From a virus (Duplodnaviria > Caudoviricetes): a stretch of DNA of 64,000 nucleotides. The notes under the pieces were generated by a model that searched no databases, was not told where the DNA came from, and was given only the letters and a program-made list of their open reading frames with translations. The stretch lies in the IMG/VR virus record IMGVR_UViG_3300030330_004274, positions 96,001 to 160,000 of that record. One strand, written 5' to 3'. Positions 9,263 through 17,592 of this stretch are shown here, piece by piece (positions within the stretch are counted from its first letter, which is position 1; every line of letters starts with the position of its first letter). Both the position numbers and the translations under genes were made by a program.

Positions 9263-10873
9263 ATGGCAACTTATTATGTTAGTGCAACAACGGGTAATGA
9301 TTCCAATAATGGAACATCAGTAGCTTTAGCAAAAGCTACAATTGGTGCTGGTGAGAATCTTGCAACAACTGCTGGTGATATAGTTTATATCGCACCTGGT
9401 ACTTATAGAGAATCAATAACTCACGGATATAGTGGAACAGCTGCAAATAGAATTTATTTCATTGGTGACCCAGATTGTGAAAAATTTGGTACTGCTGTAG
9501 AACCTGGTGTTGTAAGAATAACAATTTCAGATGCAGATGATATTGGTCAGGCTTCAGGTACTTGTGTGTATAGTGGTGGTAGAGATTTCATTACTTGGAA
9601 AAATGTTTATGTAGATGGTGGAACTGGTGGAATCACTTCATATAATGATAATAATATAACTTATGGATTTCGTGGTTTAGCTGATTCAGATTATATGGAA
9701 ATAATAAATTGTATGGCTCAGCATGTTTATTATGGAGCTTATAGAGTTGCATATATGATAGATAGTGTTCTTATGTCATATGCATATGGTTGTAGAGATG
9801 GTTATCAAGCCGAAAGATGTATAGGTGCAGGTGCTTATGCGGGATTTTATTCAGTAGCAAGAGTTGATAATTGTGTTGGTACTGGTTATTATCCTTTTTT
9901 GTATAACGATGAAACGGTTAATTCTACAGGTTTTGGTGGTATAACAATGGGAAGACCATATAATGGTGATTATATACACGATTGTCACGGTGTATTAAAT
10001 TACTATGGAGCATATGGTGGTGGAAATACTAATTCTAGCCAGAATGGTCATATCAGTAGTTCAGTTATGAGTATGACAAGATATTCTTCTAATTATGGTT
10101 ATTTACACGGAATAAAAATAACAAGTACTCAATATCAATGGGTTAATAATAGAGACCCACTTGTAGGCAAAAATGCATCAACGGATATGCAAGGTGATGG
10201 TTTACTTTGGGATAGAATAGGATTATGTCTTTGGGATATTAATGATGTAAGAAAATTAGCAGATGTTGCAAGTCCTCGATTATTAAATAATTCATTAAGA
10301 GGTTTTACATCTGTTGATACAGATGATGAAGCAGGAGCAACAGATTATTTTGGTAATCCAAGAAAGATGGGAATTATTCAAGGACAATATCTTGAAGGTC
10401 AATCTGGTTTTCTAACTTCAAGTAGAGATATAGGACATGAAGAATTTTCAACTATTGCAATATCAAGTTCAATATCATCAAGTGGAACAAGACATGGATT
10501 TACTATAACTGATGAAGGAATATTTAAAATACCAATTGTGGTATCGGCATCATCTGCAGTAACTGCTAGTATTGGAGTAAGACATAGTAAAGGTGCGGGA
10601 AATGCAGTTAAACCTCAATTTCAATTAAGATATTCCGAAACAGATGTAACGGCATCAGCTACATCGTATAATACAACTACAGCAGCTCAAGAACACTTAT
10701 CAGGTTCTGATTTAATTATACAATCTGTAACATCAACTGCTAATGATAATGATTGGGAAACACTATCAGTATCGGGCTCATTTACTAAAAATGCAGAATT
10801 AGATTTAGTAGTTATTAATCAACAAACTGGTTCTGATTCTATTAGTGGGTTTAGTGATTTGGAGATTACATAA
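9263..10873 (+). CDS. Right-handed beta-helix (pectate-lyase-like) protein, possible tailspike/depolymerase
   Basis: N-terminal YYVSATTGNDSNNG...GDIVYIAPGTYRE motif followed by Gly/Tyr/Cys repeats. Confidence 0.65.
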   Translation: MATYYVSATTGNDSNNGTSVALAKATIGAGENLATTAGDIVYIAPGTYRESITHGYSGTAANRIYFIGDPDCEKFGTAVEPGVVRITISDADDIGQASGTCVYSGGRDFITWKNVYVDGGTGGITSYNDNNITYGFRGLADSDYMEIINCMAQHVYYGAYRVAYMIDSVLMSYAYGCRDGYQAERCIGAGAYAGFYSVARVDNCVGTGYYPFLYNDETVNSTGFGGITMGRPYNGDYIHDCHGVLNYYGAYGGGNTNSSQNGHISSSVMSMTRYSSNYGYLHGIKITSTQYQWVNNRDPLVGKNASTDMQGDGLLWDRIGLCLWDINDVRKLADVASPRLLNNSLRGFTSVDTDDEAGATDYFGNPRKMGIIQGQYLEGQSGFLTSSRDIGHEEFSTIAISSSISSSGTRHGFTITDEGIFKIPIVVSASSAVTASIGVRHSKGAGNAVKPQFQLRYSETDVTASATSYNTTTAAQEHLSGSDLIIQSVTSTANDNDWETLSVSGSFTKNAELDLVVINQQTGSDSISGFSDLEIT

Positions 10874-11121
10874 TGGGATTAATTACTAAAAACGGACGAA
10901 TTCATATAATAAATTCCCCAAAAGGTGGCAAACAAAAAGCTGGTTTTGTAACGAAAAATGGAAGATTATCTATTTTAATTCCTTACAAACCTACAGATGT
11001 TGTAGCAGAAGACCCTTCTACAGATTTAGGTTTTAGTGCTGTTAATGGTGTTGCAGTTGGTAGTATTGCTGCAGTATCAGGTGTTGCAAAGGCAAGTATT
11101 TCAAAAGTAAGTGGAGTTTAG
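10873..11121 (+). CDS. Small hypothetical protein
   Basis: TAATG coupling to upstream gene, internal GxxTKNGR duplication. Confidence 0.6.
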   Translation: MGLITKNGRIHIINSPKGGKQKAGFVTKNGRLSILIPYKPTDVVAEDPSTDLGFSAVNGVAVGSIAAVSGVAKASISKVSGV

Positions 11122-11122
11122 T

Positions 11123-11323
11123 ATGCATAATTACCTTAAAAATAGTGGAAGTTTATATAGAGAATATGTTGGAGAAGATTTTTATGATAATCATTGGGAT
11201 GATTTAATATTATATGTATCATCAAGTGATTTTTTTCCAATATCACCCACCGCAGAACAAATTAATAATTGTGATATATGGCTTAAAACATCAGGTTCGG
11301 CTGTTTTTAGGACAATGATTTAA
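11123..11323 (+). CDS. Small hypothetical protein
   Basis: ATG 11123 has GGAG at 11113-11116, so it is preferred over the ORF-track start at 11111. Confidence 0.55.
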   Translation: MHNYLKNSGSLYREYVGEDFYDNHWDDLILYVSSSDFFPISPTAEQINNCDIWLKTSGSAVFRTMI

Positions 11324-12120
11324 TGGCTACAACTAATTTACAGGCAGCCTTAAGTGCAAATGTTTTTTCTGGAGCATTTGGTGATGCTACTTTTACAGCT
11401 GCGAGAAATGAAACTACAGCAGATGGAGCTTATGGTAATTCAGCAAATCAAAATCCAGATAGTAGTTCTGGAATAGTAGCTGCATATGCTGTTGATATAT
11501 TTGGTGCTAATAACAGAAGTCATTTAATAGGATTTTATATGTTGGATTTTGATTTAAGTTCTATAAGTACAACCATTACGGGATTAACATTAAAATTAAA
11601 AGGAAAATCTGTAACAGCCATCGGTGATGTGGCTACTGGAACAACAACAATGCATGATGCTGATGCTATTCTTTTGAAAAGTCAACATCAAGATACTCCA
11701 GATTTAACTGATATAAATAATTTTACAGGACATCAAGCTGGTTACGATGCAGATGATGTTACTGAATTTTCAAGCGCTTTTGGTCCAGCTGCAGGCACTT
11801 GGAATATTGGTTCATATAATGAGATAACTTTAAATTCAGATGCTGTTTCTGATGCAAATACTCAAAAAGCAGCAGGTAATAGATTTAAAATGTGTGCTAT
11901 AAACAAGAGTAGAACTTATGACAATGATGATACTAATTTAGGTGATTCAACTGGTGCATATAACAGAGACTATTTTTATCTTAATTTTGAAGCTGATACT
12001 GAAAATAGTGACCCACCGATATTAGTTGTAACACACGAAGATGGAACGGTAACACTTCCCACCTTTTCATTAAAAGGAGGAAATTTATCTTTAAAGGGTG
12101 GAACTCTTACAATAAAATAA
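11323..12120 (+). CDS. Putative virion structural protein (beta-sandwich)
   Basis: FDLSSISTTITGLTLKL...P.L.V pattern. Last gene of the fibre block. Confidence 0.5.
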   Translation: MATTNLQAALSANVFSGAFGDATFTAARNETTADGAYGNSANQNPDSSSGIVAAYAVDIFGANNRSHLIGFYMLDFDLSSISTTITGLTLKLKGKSVTAIGDVATGTTTMHDADAILLKSQHQDTPDLTDINNFTGHQAGYDADDVTEFSSAFGPAAGTWNIGSYNEITLNSDAVSDANTQKAAGNRFKMCAINKSRTYDNDDTNLGDSTGAYNRDYFYLNFEADTENSDPPILVVTHEDGTVTLPTFSLKGGNLSLKGGTLTIK

Positions 12121-12140
12121 TCATATTCTTTACTTTCTTT

Positions 12141-12156
12141 ATATTTATATATGAAT
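12141..12156 (+). promoter_or_regulatory. Late-promoter-like motif ATATTTATATATGAAT
   Basis: 25 bp identical to 28056-28080. Confidence 0.7.
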
Positions 12157-12182
12157 AATTATATAATAATGGGAGAACCATT

Positions 12183-12959
12183 TTGATTAAGTTAAAACAA
12201 CTATTAACAGAAGGTGTGTTTGATAAAGGTATCTTAAAAGCAGTTTTTATGGCTGGAGGACCTGGAAGTGGTAAAACTTATGTTGCCAGTCAAATATTTG
12301 GTATTCCAAATAAAGACATCAATGTATCTGCAAGTGGATTAAAAACAGTAAACTCCGATACAGAGTTTGAATTTTTATTAAAAAAATATGGATTTGAAAC
12401 ATTTGGTACAGGTAAATTAGATATTGATAAATGGCCTGATGAAGTTTTTGATATGATTGCTGGTGGTGATGAAGATTCCGAAGAAATGACAGTTAGAAAG
12501 AAAGCTAAGTTAATGACAGCAGCTAGAAAAAAACAATATACACAAGGTAGATTGGGAATGATTATTGATGGAACTGGTCACAATTTCCAAAAGATTAAAA
12601 AAGAAAGAGACCAATTAACAAAAATGGGTTATGATACTTATATGGTATTTGTTAACACATCATTGGAAGTTGCACATAAAAGAAACAAAGAAAGAACAAG
12701 GAGATTACCTGAAAAGATATTAGAAAAATCGTGGAATGATGTTCAAAAGAATATTGGTGGATTTCAGGCTTTATTTGGTAGTTCTAATTTTGTAATCGTT
12801 GATAACTCTAATTTTTTAAAAGCAGATGAGGCCCAAAAGAAATTTGGAAAGATAGTAAGAAAATATATAGATAAATTTGTAGGTAAAGCAATTAAAAATC
12901 CAATAGGTAAAGCATGGGTTAGACACCAAATGCTTTTAAGGGGTGGAAAAAAGAAGTAA
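12183..12959 (+). CDS. P-loop kinase (zeta-toxin/AAA_33-like)
   Basis: Walker A AGGPGSGKT, IIDGTG, and lid R...R.R. TTG start with GGGAG SD. MIKLKQLLTE leader. Confidence 0.75.
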   Translation: MIKLKQLLTEGVFDKGILKAVFMAGGPGSGKTYVASQIFGIPNKDINVSASGLKTVNSDTEFEFLLKKYGFETFGTGKLDIDKWPDEVFDMIAGGDEDSEEMTVRKKAKLMTAARKKQYTQGRLGMIIDGTGHNFQKIKKERDQLTKMGYDTYMVFVNTSLEVAHKRNKERTRRLPEKILEKSWNDVQKNIGGFQALFGSSNFVIVDNSNFLKADEAQKKFGKIVRKYIDKFVGKAIKNPIGKAWVRHQMLLRGGKKK

Positions 12960-12992
12960 AGATTTTTGATAAAAAGATAGATACGGTTACAC

Positions 12993-13001
12993 TGGTATAT
13001 T
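12993..13001 (+). promoter_or_regulatory. Host sigma70-type extended -10 (TGnTATATT)
   Basis: TGGTATATT. The 11-mer GTATATTATAT also occurs at 19768-19778. Confidence 0.4.
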
Positions 13002-13026
13002 ATATAACCTTAATTGGAGAACTGAA

Positions 13027-13437
13027 ATGGAAGAACAAATCCAAAATCAGGTTTCATTTTTAATAGGTAAGTATGGATGGTTATTTATTATCGGTGTTCT
13101 CACATTACTCTTCAGGTCTACAATTGAAAAATTTGTGGCAGGTTTAATGATTTTTATGGGTAATGATTACAACGAGGATGATGTTGTAGAGGTTGACGGG
13201 AAACCAGGTCGAATTGTTCGATGTGGGATATGGAGTACAACATTTTTCACTTATGATGTCAGAGATGGTATCATTGTGGGGGGAGCGAAACTGGTCGTTC
13301 AGAATGACAAACTGAAAGACCTTAAAATAGAAAAACCTTTACCACTTTTGGACTTGTCAAAATATAAAGTGGATACAACTTGTCAGGAGTTATTAGCAGA
13401 GTTAACAAAACTTCAGACAAAGGAGAAGAAAAAATGA
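13027..13437 (+). CDS. Minimal MscS-like membrane protein
   Basis: TM helix followed by GNDYNEDDVVEVDGKPGRIVRCGIWSTTF, resembling the MscS beta domain (GD.I.I.G..G.V..I). Confidence 0.55.
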   Translation: MEEQIQNQVSFLIGKYGWLFIIGVLTLLFRSTIEKFVAGLMIFMGNDYNEDDVVEVDGKPGRIVRCGIWSTTFFTYDVRDGIIVGGAKLVVQNDKLKDLKIEKPLPLLDLSKYKVDTTCQELLAELTKLQTKEKKK

Positions 13438-13550
13438 AAAACTTAATGATACTAACATTTCTATTAATATTTACAGTAGGGTGTAAATCTGAATGTGAAG
13501 AAGTACCTGTAAAAGAACTTACAGATGAAGAAATTGAAAAGATATTTTAG
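13434..13550 (+). CDS. Small lipoprotein, 38 aa (absent from ORF track)
   Basis: MKNLMILTFLLIFTVG-C lipobox, AGGAG SD, ATGA overlap with upstream stop. Confidence 0.6.
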   Translation: MKNLMILTFLLIFTVGCKSECEEVPVKELTDEEIEKIF

Positions 13551-13563
13551 TTAGGAGAAAAAA

Positions 13564-14652
13564 ATGAAAAAGTTACTATCAATACTATTAACTTCTGCCA
13601 TCTTATTTGCTGAAGAAGGTAGTAATTATTTTGTAGATAATTTTTTAAAGTATTCTACATTTTACACAAGTGTAAGTTTAAACTCACCATTTGTTCCACA
13701 ATCTCAATGGGATGTTGATGTAGACAATGGAACATTTATTGAAACAACAAAAGAAAACGAATTGGGATACAATGTTTCTATTGGTGTTAGAAAACTCGCA
13801 CGATTTAAATATCAAGCAAAAGGTAAGAACTTCTATGATGGTTCGGAAAAGAACTTATCAGATGTCGCTACAATTGGTAATGTAAGTGGTTGGGAATACT
13901 TGGTTAAGTATTCAGCAATTCGTTCTTTTGGTGAAGAGTTCGTTGATACAGAATCTTGGATTAGATATTTAGGTGATAACTATGTGGTTAAAGGTTCATA
14001 TGCAAATTTTGGAAGACAAGGTTTGGAATTTGGACAAGTTGATGCTAGATGGAGAAAACCAGTAGGAACAAATTGGAATATAACTCTTGGTGGTAACTTT
14101 AGAGGACACCCAGCATATGGTCTATTTCCATTCAATGATTGGTTGGCCGGTTCTAACGGACAATGGTGGGAATTAGCATATAATTATGGATATGATGATG
14201 AATATTATTTTCAAGATTTTAATCAGAACGGTATTCAAGACCCAGGTGAACCAGGTAACTACGAATGGTTTGATGAAAATGGTGAATTGATTGCAGAATC
14301 AGATGATGAATTTTATGAATATTATTATGGTGATGTAATTAATCTATATAATGAAGAAGAAATTGATAAGTTAGGTTACCAATGGGAAGCATCAGTAGTT
14401 TTGGGTGTAGATTACTATTTATATGATAAGAAGTATTGGGTTCACGGATGGGCATCTGTAATGCCATATAGTAAAGGTTTGACTGATTATTCATTCACTT
14501 ATGAAACTGGTGATATGGATTTTGATATAGGTTTGGTAGCGGGGTATAAGTTTAATAGAAACATAGGTATCTTCGGTGAGGGAAGATATTTGAAATATTT
14601 TGGTATTGATGCTTATGAATTAAAAGCGGGTATCAATGTAACCATATTTTAG
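13564..14652 (+). CDS. Outer-membrane beta-barrel protein
   Basis: Signal peptide, alternating aromatic strands, C-terminal YELKAGINVTIF beta-signal. Confidence 0.7.
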   Translation: MKKLLSILLTSAILFAEEGSNYFVDNFLKYSTFYTSVSLNSPFVPQSQWDVDVDNGTFIETTKENELGYNVSIGVRKLARFKYQAKGKNFYDGSEKNLSDVATIGNVSGWEYLVKYSAIRSFGEEFVDTESWIRYLGDNYVVKGSYANFGRQGLEFGQVDARWRKPVGTNWNITLGGNFRGHPAYGLFPFNDWLAGSNGQWWELAYNYGYDDEYYFQDFNQNGIQDPGEPGNYEWFDENGELIAESDDEFYEYYYGDVINLYNEEEIDKLGYQWEASVVLGVDYYLYDKKYWVHGWASVMPYSKGLTDYSFTYETGDMDFDIGLVAGYKFNRNIGIFGEGRYLKYFGIDAYELKAGINVTIF

Positions 14653-14661
14653 GAGAAAATA

Positions 14662-15018
14662 ATGAAAAAACAACCATTAAAAGAAATGTTAAAAAAAATC
14701 GGTGGTGGTCATTTACTTAGTGAAAATGATGGTCATCCTCAAATCATAAAGAAAAACAAAGAAGTAGCTCATAACTGAGCGACTCATATGGAGTGGAAGT
14801 CTTCCGCTGATAAAGAAAGATATGGTGATATGATTGGTGAAGTTATACATCATACATTATTTGAAGATGGAACTATTACAAAATATGATGTAAAGTTCGG
14901 AAACAAAACAATTAAAAATATTCCAACAGATAAATTAACTGTCGTGGAAATGCAAGAACATCATCACGAACCTACTGAAGAAGATGATGAAGAAAAAGAA
15001 GAAGGAAGTTGTAGTTAA
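14662..15018 (+). CDS. Candidate selenoprotein, 118 aa, in-frame TGA at codon 39 (14776-14778)
   Basis: AGGAG SD at 14651 and ATG 14662 are in frame with ORF 14788. Reads ...VAHN-TGA-ATHMEW..., with a SECIS-like hairpin downstream. Confidence 0.7.
14792..14808 (+). promoter_or_regulatory. Bacterial SECIS-like hairpin
   Basis: AGTGGAA-GTC-TTCCGCT. The G-starting loop begins 21 nt after the UGA. Confidence 0.6.
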
Positions 15019-15828
15019 ATGATAAAATTAAAATCACTACTATTTGAACAAGAAGAAAAGAAAATACATCCAAGTGTATCTCATTGGGAAAATGAGTTAG
15101 CACAGAAGTATGCAACTTTTTTATTAGAAAAATATGGTAAACCTAAAGTTAATGGTAAAAAAATGTTGTTGTGGGAAAATGTTGAATTAATCGATGAAGA
15201 AAATTATCAATATAAAGTAAAAAAAATTGATAAACTTTATATTTTAGATGAACACATTGAACATTCATTTCCCGCAGACCACATTGATTATTGTTATTCA
15301 ACTTTAAAAATACCACAAATACAAGCTAAAGATGGTAAATCAACAATTGACCCTGAATTAGTTGGTAAGTTTGCTGGTGTTACAGGTTCTATTATTGTAG
15401 ATGGATTGAAGGGTGAAGTTACTGCTCGTTGTGGTGATACAGTTGCAAACGATGTAACTTTAAATTTTGTTCTTGATTCCATAAATGGTAAAACAGAACC
15501 AACAAAAGAAGAGTATGGTAATAGAATATTAACTATGAAGAAAAGAAGTAAAGTAGATGAAAATTTAAGAAAATGGTTTAAAGATAAATGGGTAAACATT
15601 GGAAAAAAAGATAAATCTGGTAAACATCCACCTTGTGGCACAAGTGGAAAAAAAAGAGGATATGCTAAATGTGTACCTGCTTCTAAAGCTCGTTCAATGA
15701 GTAAAAAAGAAAAAGAATCAGCTACTCGAAGAAAAAGAGCAGCACAAAACAAAGCAAACAGAGGTGGTAAACAATCTGCAGGACAAGGTAAAGCTCCAAT
15801 AAGAGTTTCTACAAAACCAAAGAAATAG
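15019..15828 (+). CDS. Hypothetical two-domain protein with putative capsid-targeting leader
   Basis: MIKLKSLLFE leader. Basic C-terminal LRKWFKDKWVNIG...PCG...KCVP domain seen in large phages. Confidence 0.65.
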   Translation: MIKLKSLLFEQEEKKIHPSVSHWENELAQKYATFLLEKYGKPKVNGKKMLLWENVELIDEENYQYKVKKIDKLYILDEHIEHSFPADHIDYCYSTLKIPQIQAKDGKSTIDPELVGKFAGVTGSIIVDGLKGEVTARCGDTVANDVTLNFVLDSINGKTEPTKEEYGNRILTMKKRSKVDENLRKWFKDKWVNIGKKDKSGKHPPCGTSGKKRGYAKCVPASKARSMSKKEKESATRRKRAAQNKANRGGKQSAGQGKAPIRVSTKPKK

Positions 15829-15837
15829 GAGAATGTA

Positions 15838-16509
15838 ATGAAAATTTCTAAAAAAAGATTAAAAGAAATAATTTTGGAAGAATATAATAATGTTGTATTA
15901 GAAAGTGGTATGATGACAGAAGAACAATTTGATGAAGCAGCAGGTAAGAAAGATGCTTGTTATCACAAAGTAAAAGCAAGATATGATGTGTGGCCTTCTG
16001 CTTATGCAAGTGGTGCTTTGGTTAAGTGTAGAAAAGTTGGTGCTAAGAATTGGGGTAAATCTAAAAAAGAAGGTATGGAAGAAGATAATATTAAGATAAA
16101 TAAAAAAGAAATGGAAAAACTTCATAAAGGAGAAAAAGTATCTAAAGGTAATGTAGATATAGAATATGATGTAGTAAATGAAGATGATTACAAAGATTTT
16201 ACTTCATATATGAAAGAAAACTATGGTGGTTTAAAAGAATCACAATTAGAAGAAGCAGAATATCAAGGTAGAAAAGTTAAACTTGGTAAGCCAATGCAAG
16301 GTGATGTGAAAAAATTTAAAGTTTATGTAAAAAATCCAAAAGGTAATGTTGTTAAAGTTAACTTTGGTCAAGGTGGTGGTGCTAAAGGTGGAACTATGAA
16401 AATTAGAAAATCTAATCCAAAAGCAAGAAAATCATTTAGAGCACGACACAATTGTGATAATCCTGGTCCAAGACATAAGGCAAGATATTGGAGTTGTAGA
16501 AAGTGGTAA
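15838..16509 (+). CDS. Hypothetical modular basic protein with putative capsid-targeting leader
   Basis: KKDACYHKVK...WPSAYASG and AEYQGRKV...RKSFRARHNC...ARYWSC modules typical of T4-like marine phages. Confidence 0.7.
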   Translation: MKISKKRLKEIILEEYNNVVLESGMMTEEQFDEAAGKKDACYHKVKARYDVWPSAYASGALVKCRKVGAKNWGKSKKEGMEEDNIKINKKEMEKLHKGEKVSKGNVDIEYDVVNEDDYKDFTSYMKENYGGLKESQLEEAEYQGRKVKLGKPMQGDVKKFKVYVKNPKGNVVKVNFGQGGGAKGGTMKIRKSNPKARKSFRARHNCDNPGPRHKARYWSCRKW

Positions 16510-16510
16510 T

Positions 16511-17197
16511 ATGCAAAAAATAGGTGAAATATTAGTATCAAAGGGTTATGTAACCCAACAACAACTTGATGGTGTGATGGCTGTTAAAGGTGAAGATGTT
16601 CAAGTAGGTCAAGTTCTTATACAATGGGGATTACTTACTGAACAACAATTAATGGAAGCGTTGGAGATTCAAACACCTCCACCACCTCCACCACCTCCAC
16701 CGCCAGTTCAACCACAGATGCAACAACCCGTTCAACCTGGATTTCAACAAATACCACAACAACCTGTAGCACCAAGTGGAGCACCAGATTTGACAATGGA
16801 TACATTACAAACATCAAAGTTTAAAATTGATTTAAAAACTATGATTTATATTGGTTCATTATTGGTAAGTGGTATTACAATGTATTTTACATTTATGTCA
16901 GAGTTGGATGCTAGATTTGGAGCATTAGAGGATGGTGACAATACAATGATGGTTGATATGGATAAAAGATTAACAGCATTGGAAACAAACATTGATAAAA
17001 GGGTAACAGAATTAGAAAACAAATTCACACCAATTGGTGATGGGGTTTATGCTGTAGACCCTAATTCATCTTGGCCGCCATCTCGTGGTGAGTACAAAAT
17101 GAAGGATGAAATGTCAAGAAATAAAATTATGGCTTTAGAAAAAGAAATTGAAGAACTCAAAGAAGAAATTGAGGACTTAGAGGATAAAGTAAAGTAG
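16511..17197 (+). CDS. MshEN-domain membrane protein (MshEN, Pro/Gln linker, TM helix, coiled coil)
   Basis: KIGEILVSKGYVTQQQL...QVGQVLIQWGLLTEQQLMEALEIQ. ATG 16511 directly follows the upstream stop. Confidence 0.65.
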   Translation: MQKIGEILVSKGYVTQQQLDGVMAVKGEDVQVGQVLIQWGLLTEQQLMEALEIQTPPPPPPPPPPVQPQMQQPVQPGFQQIPQQPVAPSGAPDLTMDTLQTSKFKIDLKTMIYIGSLLVSGITMYFTFMSELDARFGALEDGDNTMMVDMDKRLTALETNIDKRVTELENKFTPIGDGVYAVDPNSSWPPSRGEYKMKDEMSRNKIMALEKEIEELKEEIEDLEDKVK

Positions 17198-17205
17198 GAG
17201 AGGTT

Positions 17206-17583
17206 ATGTTTAAAAAATTATTTATATTAGGAATGTTAATTACATCACTCTTCGGAGGGATTAGAGAATTAACGGATGAAAACTTTGGTAGAGCGACAAG
17301 TAGAGGATTGGTGGTAGTTGAGTTTTGGGCTACTTGGAATGAAGCTAACAAAGTAACAATATTGGATGAATGGGATACATTCGATGCAAAAGTATATAGA
17401 CTTAACATTGATTTATATCCTAAAATACAAGCAGACAATAATGTGGTTATACTTCCAACTATTATCTTCTATGATGAGGGTGAGGAAGTTAAAAGACTTC
17501 AAGGTGATATGAGTTTTACCTTAAAGACAACAACAAAAGAACTCGATGAAATAATAGAAGAAATACTTGGAAGCAAGTTTTAG
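17206..17583 (+). CDS. Exported thioredoxin-fold protein lacking CxxC
   Basis: Signal peptide. LTDENF...VVVEFWATWNEAN...ILPTIIF pattern. No Cys in the protein. Confidence 0.7.
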   Translation: MFKKLFILGMLITSLFGGIRELTDENFGRATSRGLVVVEFWATWNEANKVTILDEWDTFDAKVYRLNIDLYPKIQADNNVVILPTIIFYDEGEEVKRLQGDMSFTLKTTTKELDEIIEEILGSKF

Positions 17584-17592
17584 GAGGAAGTT

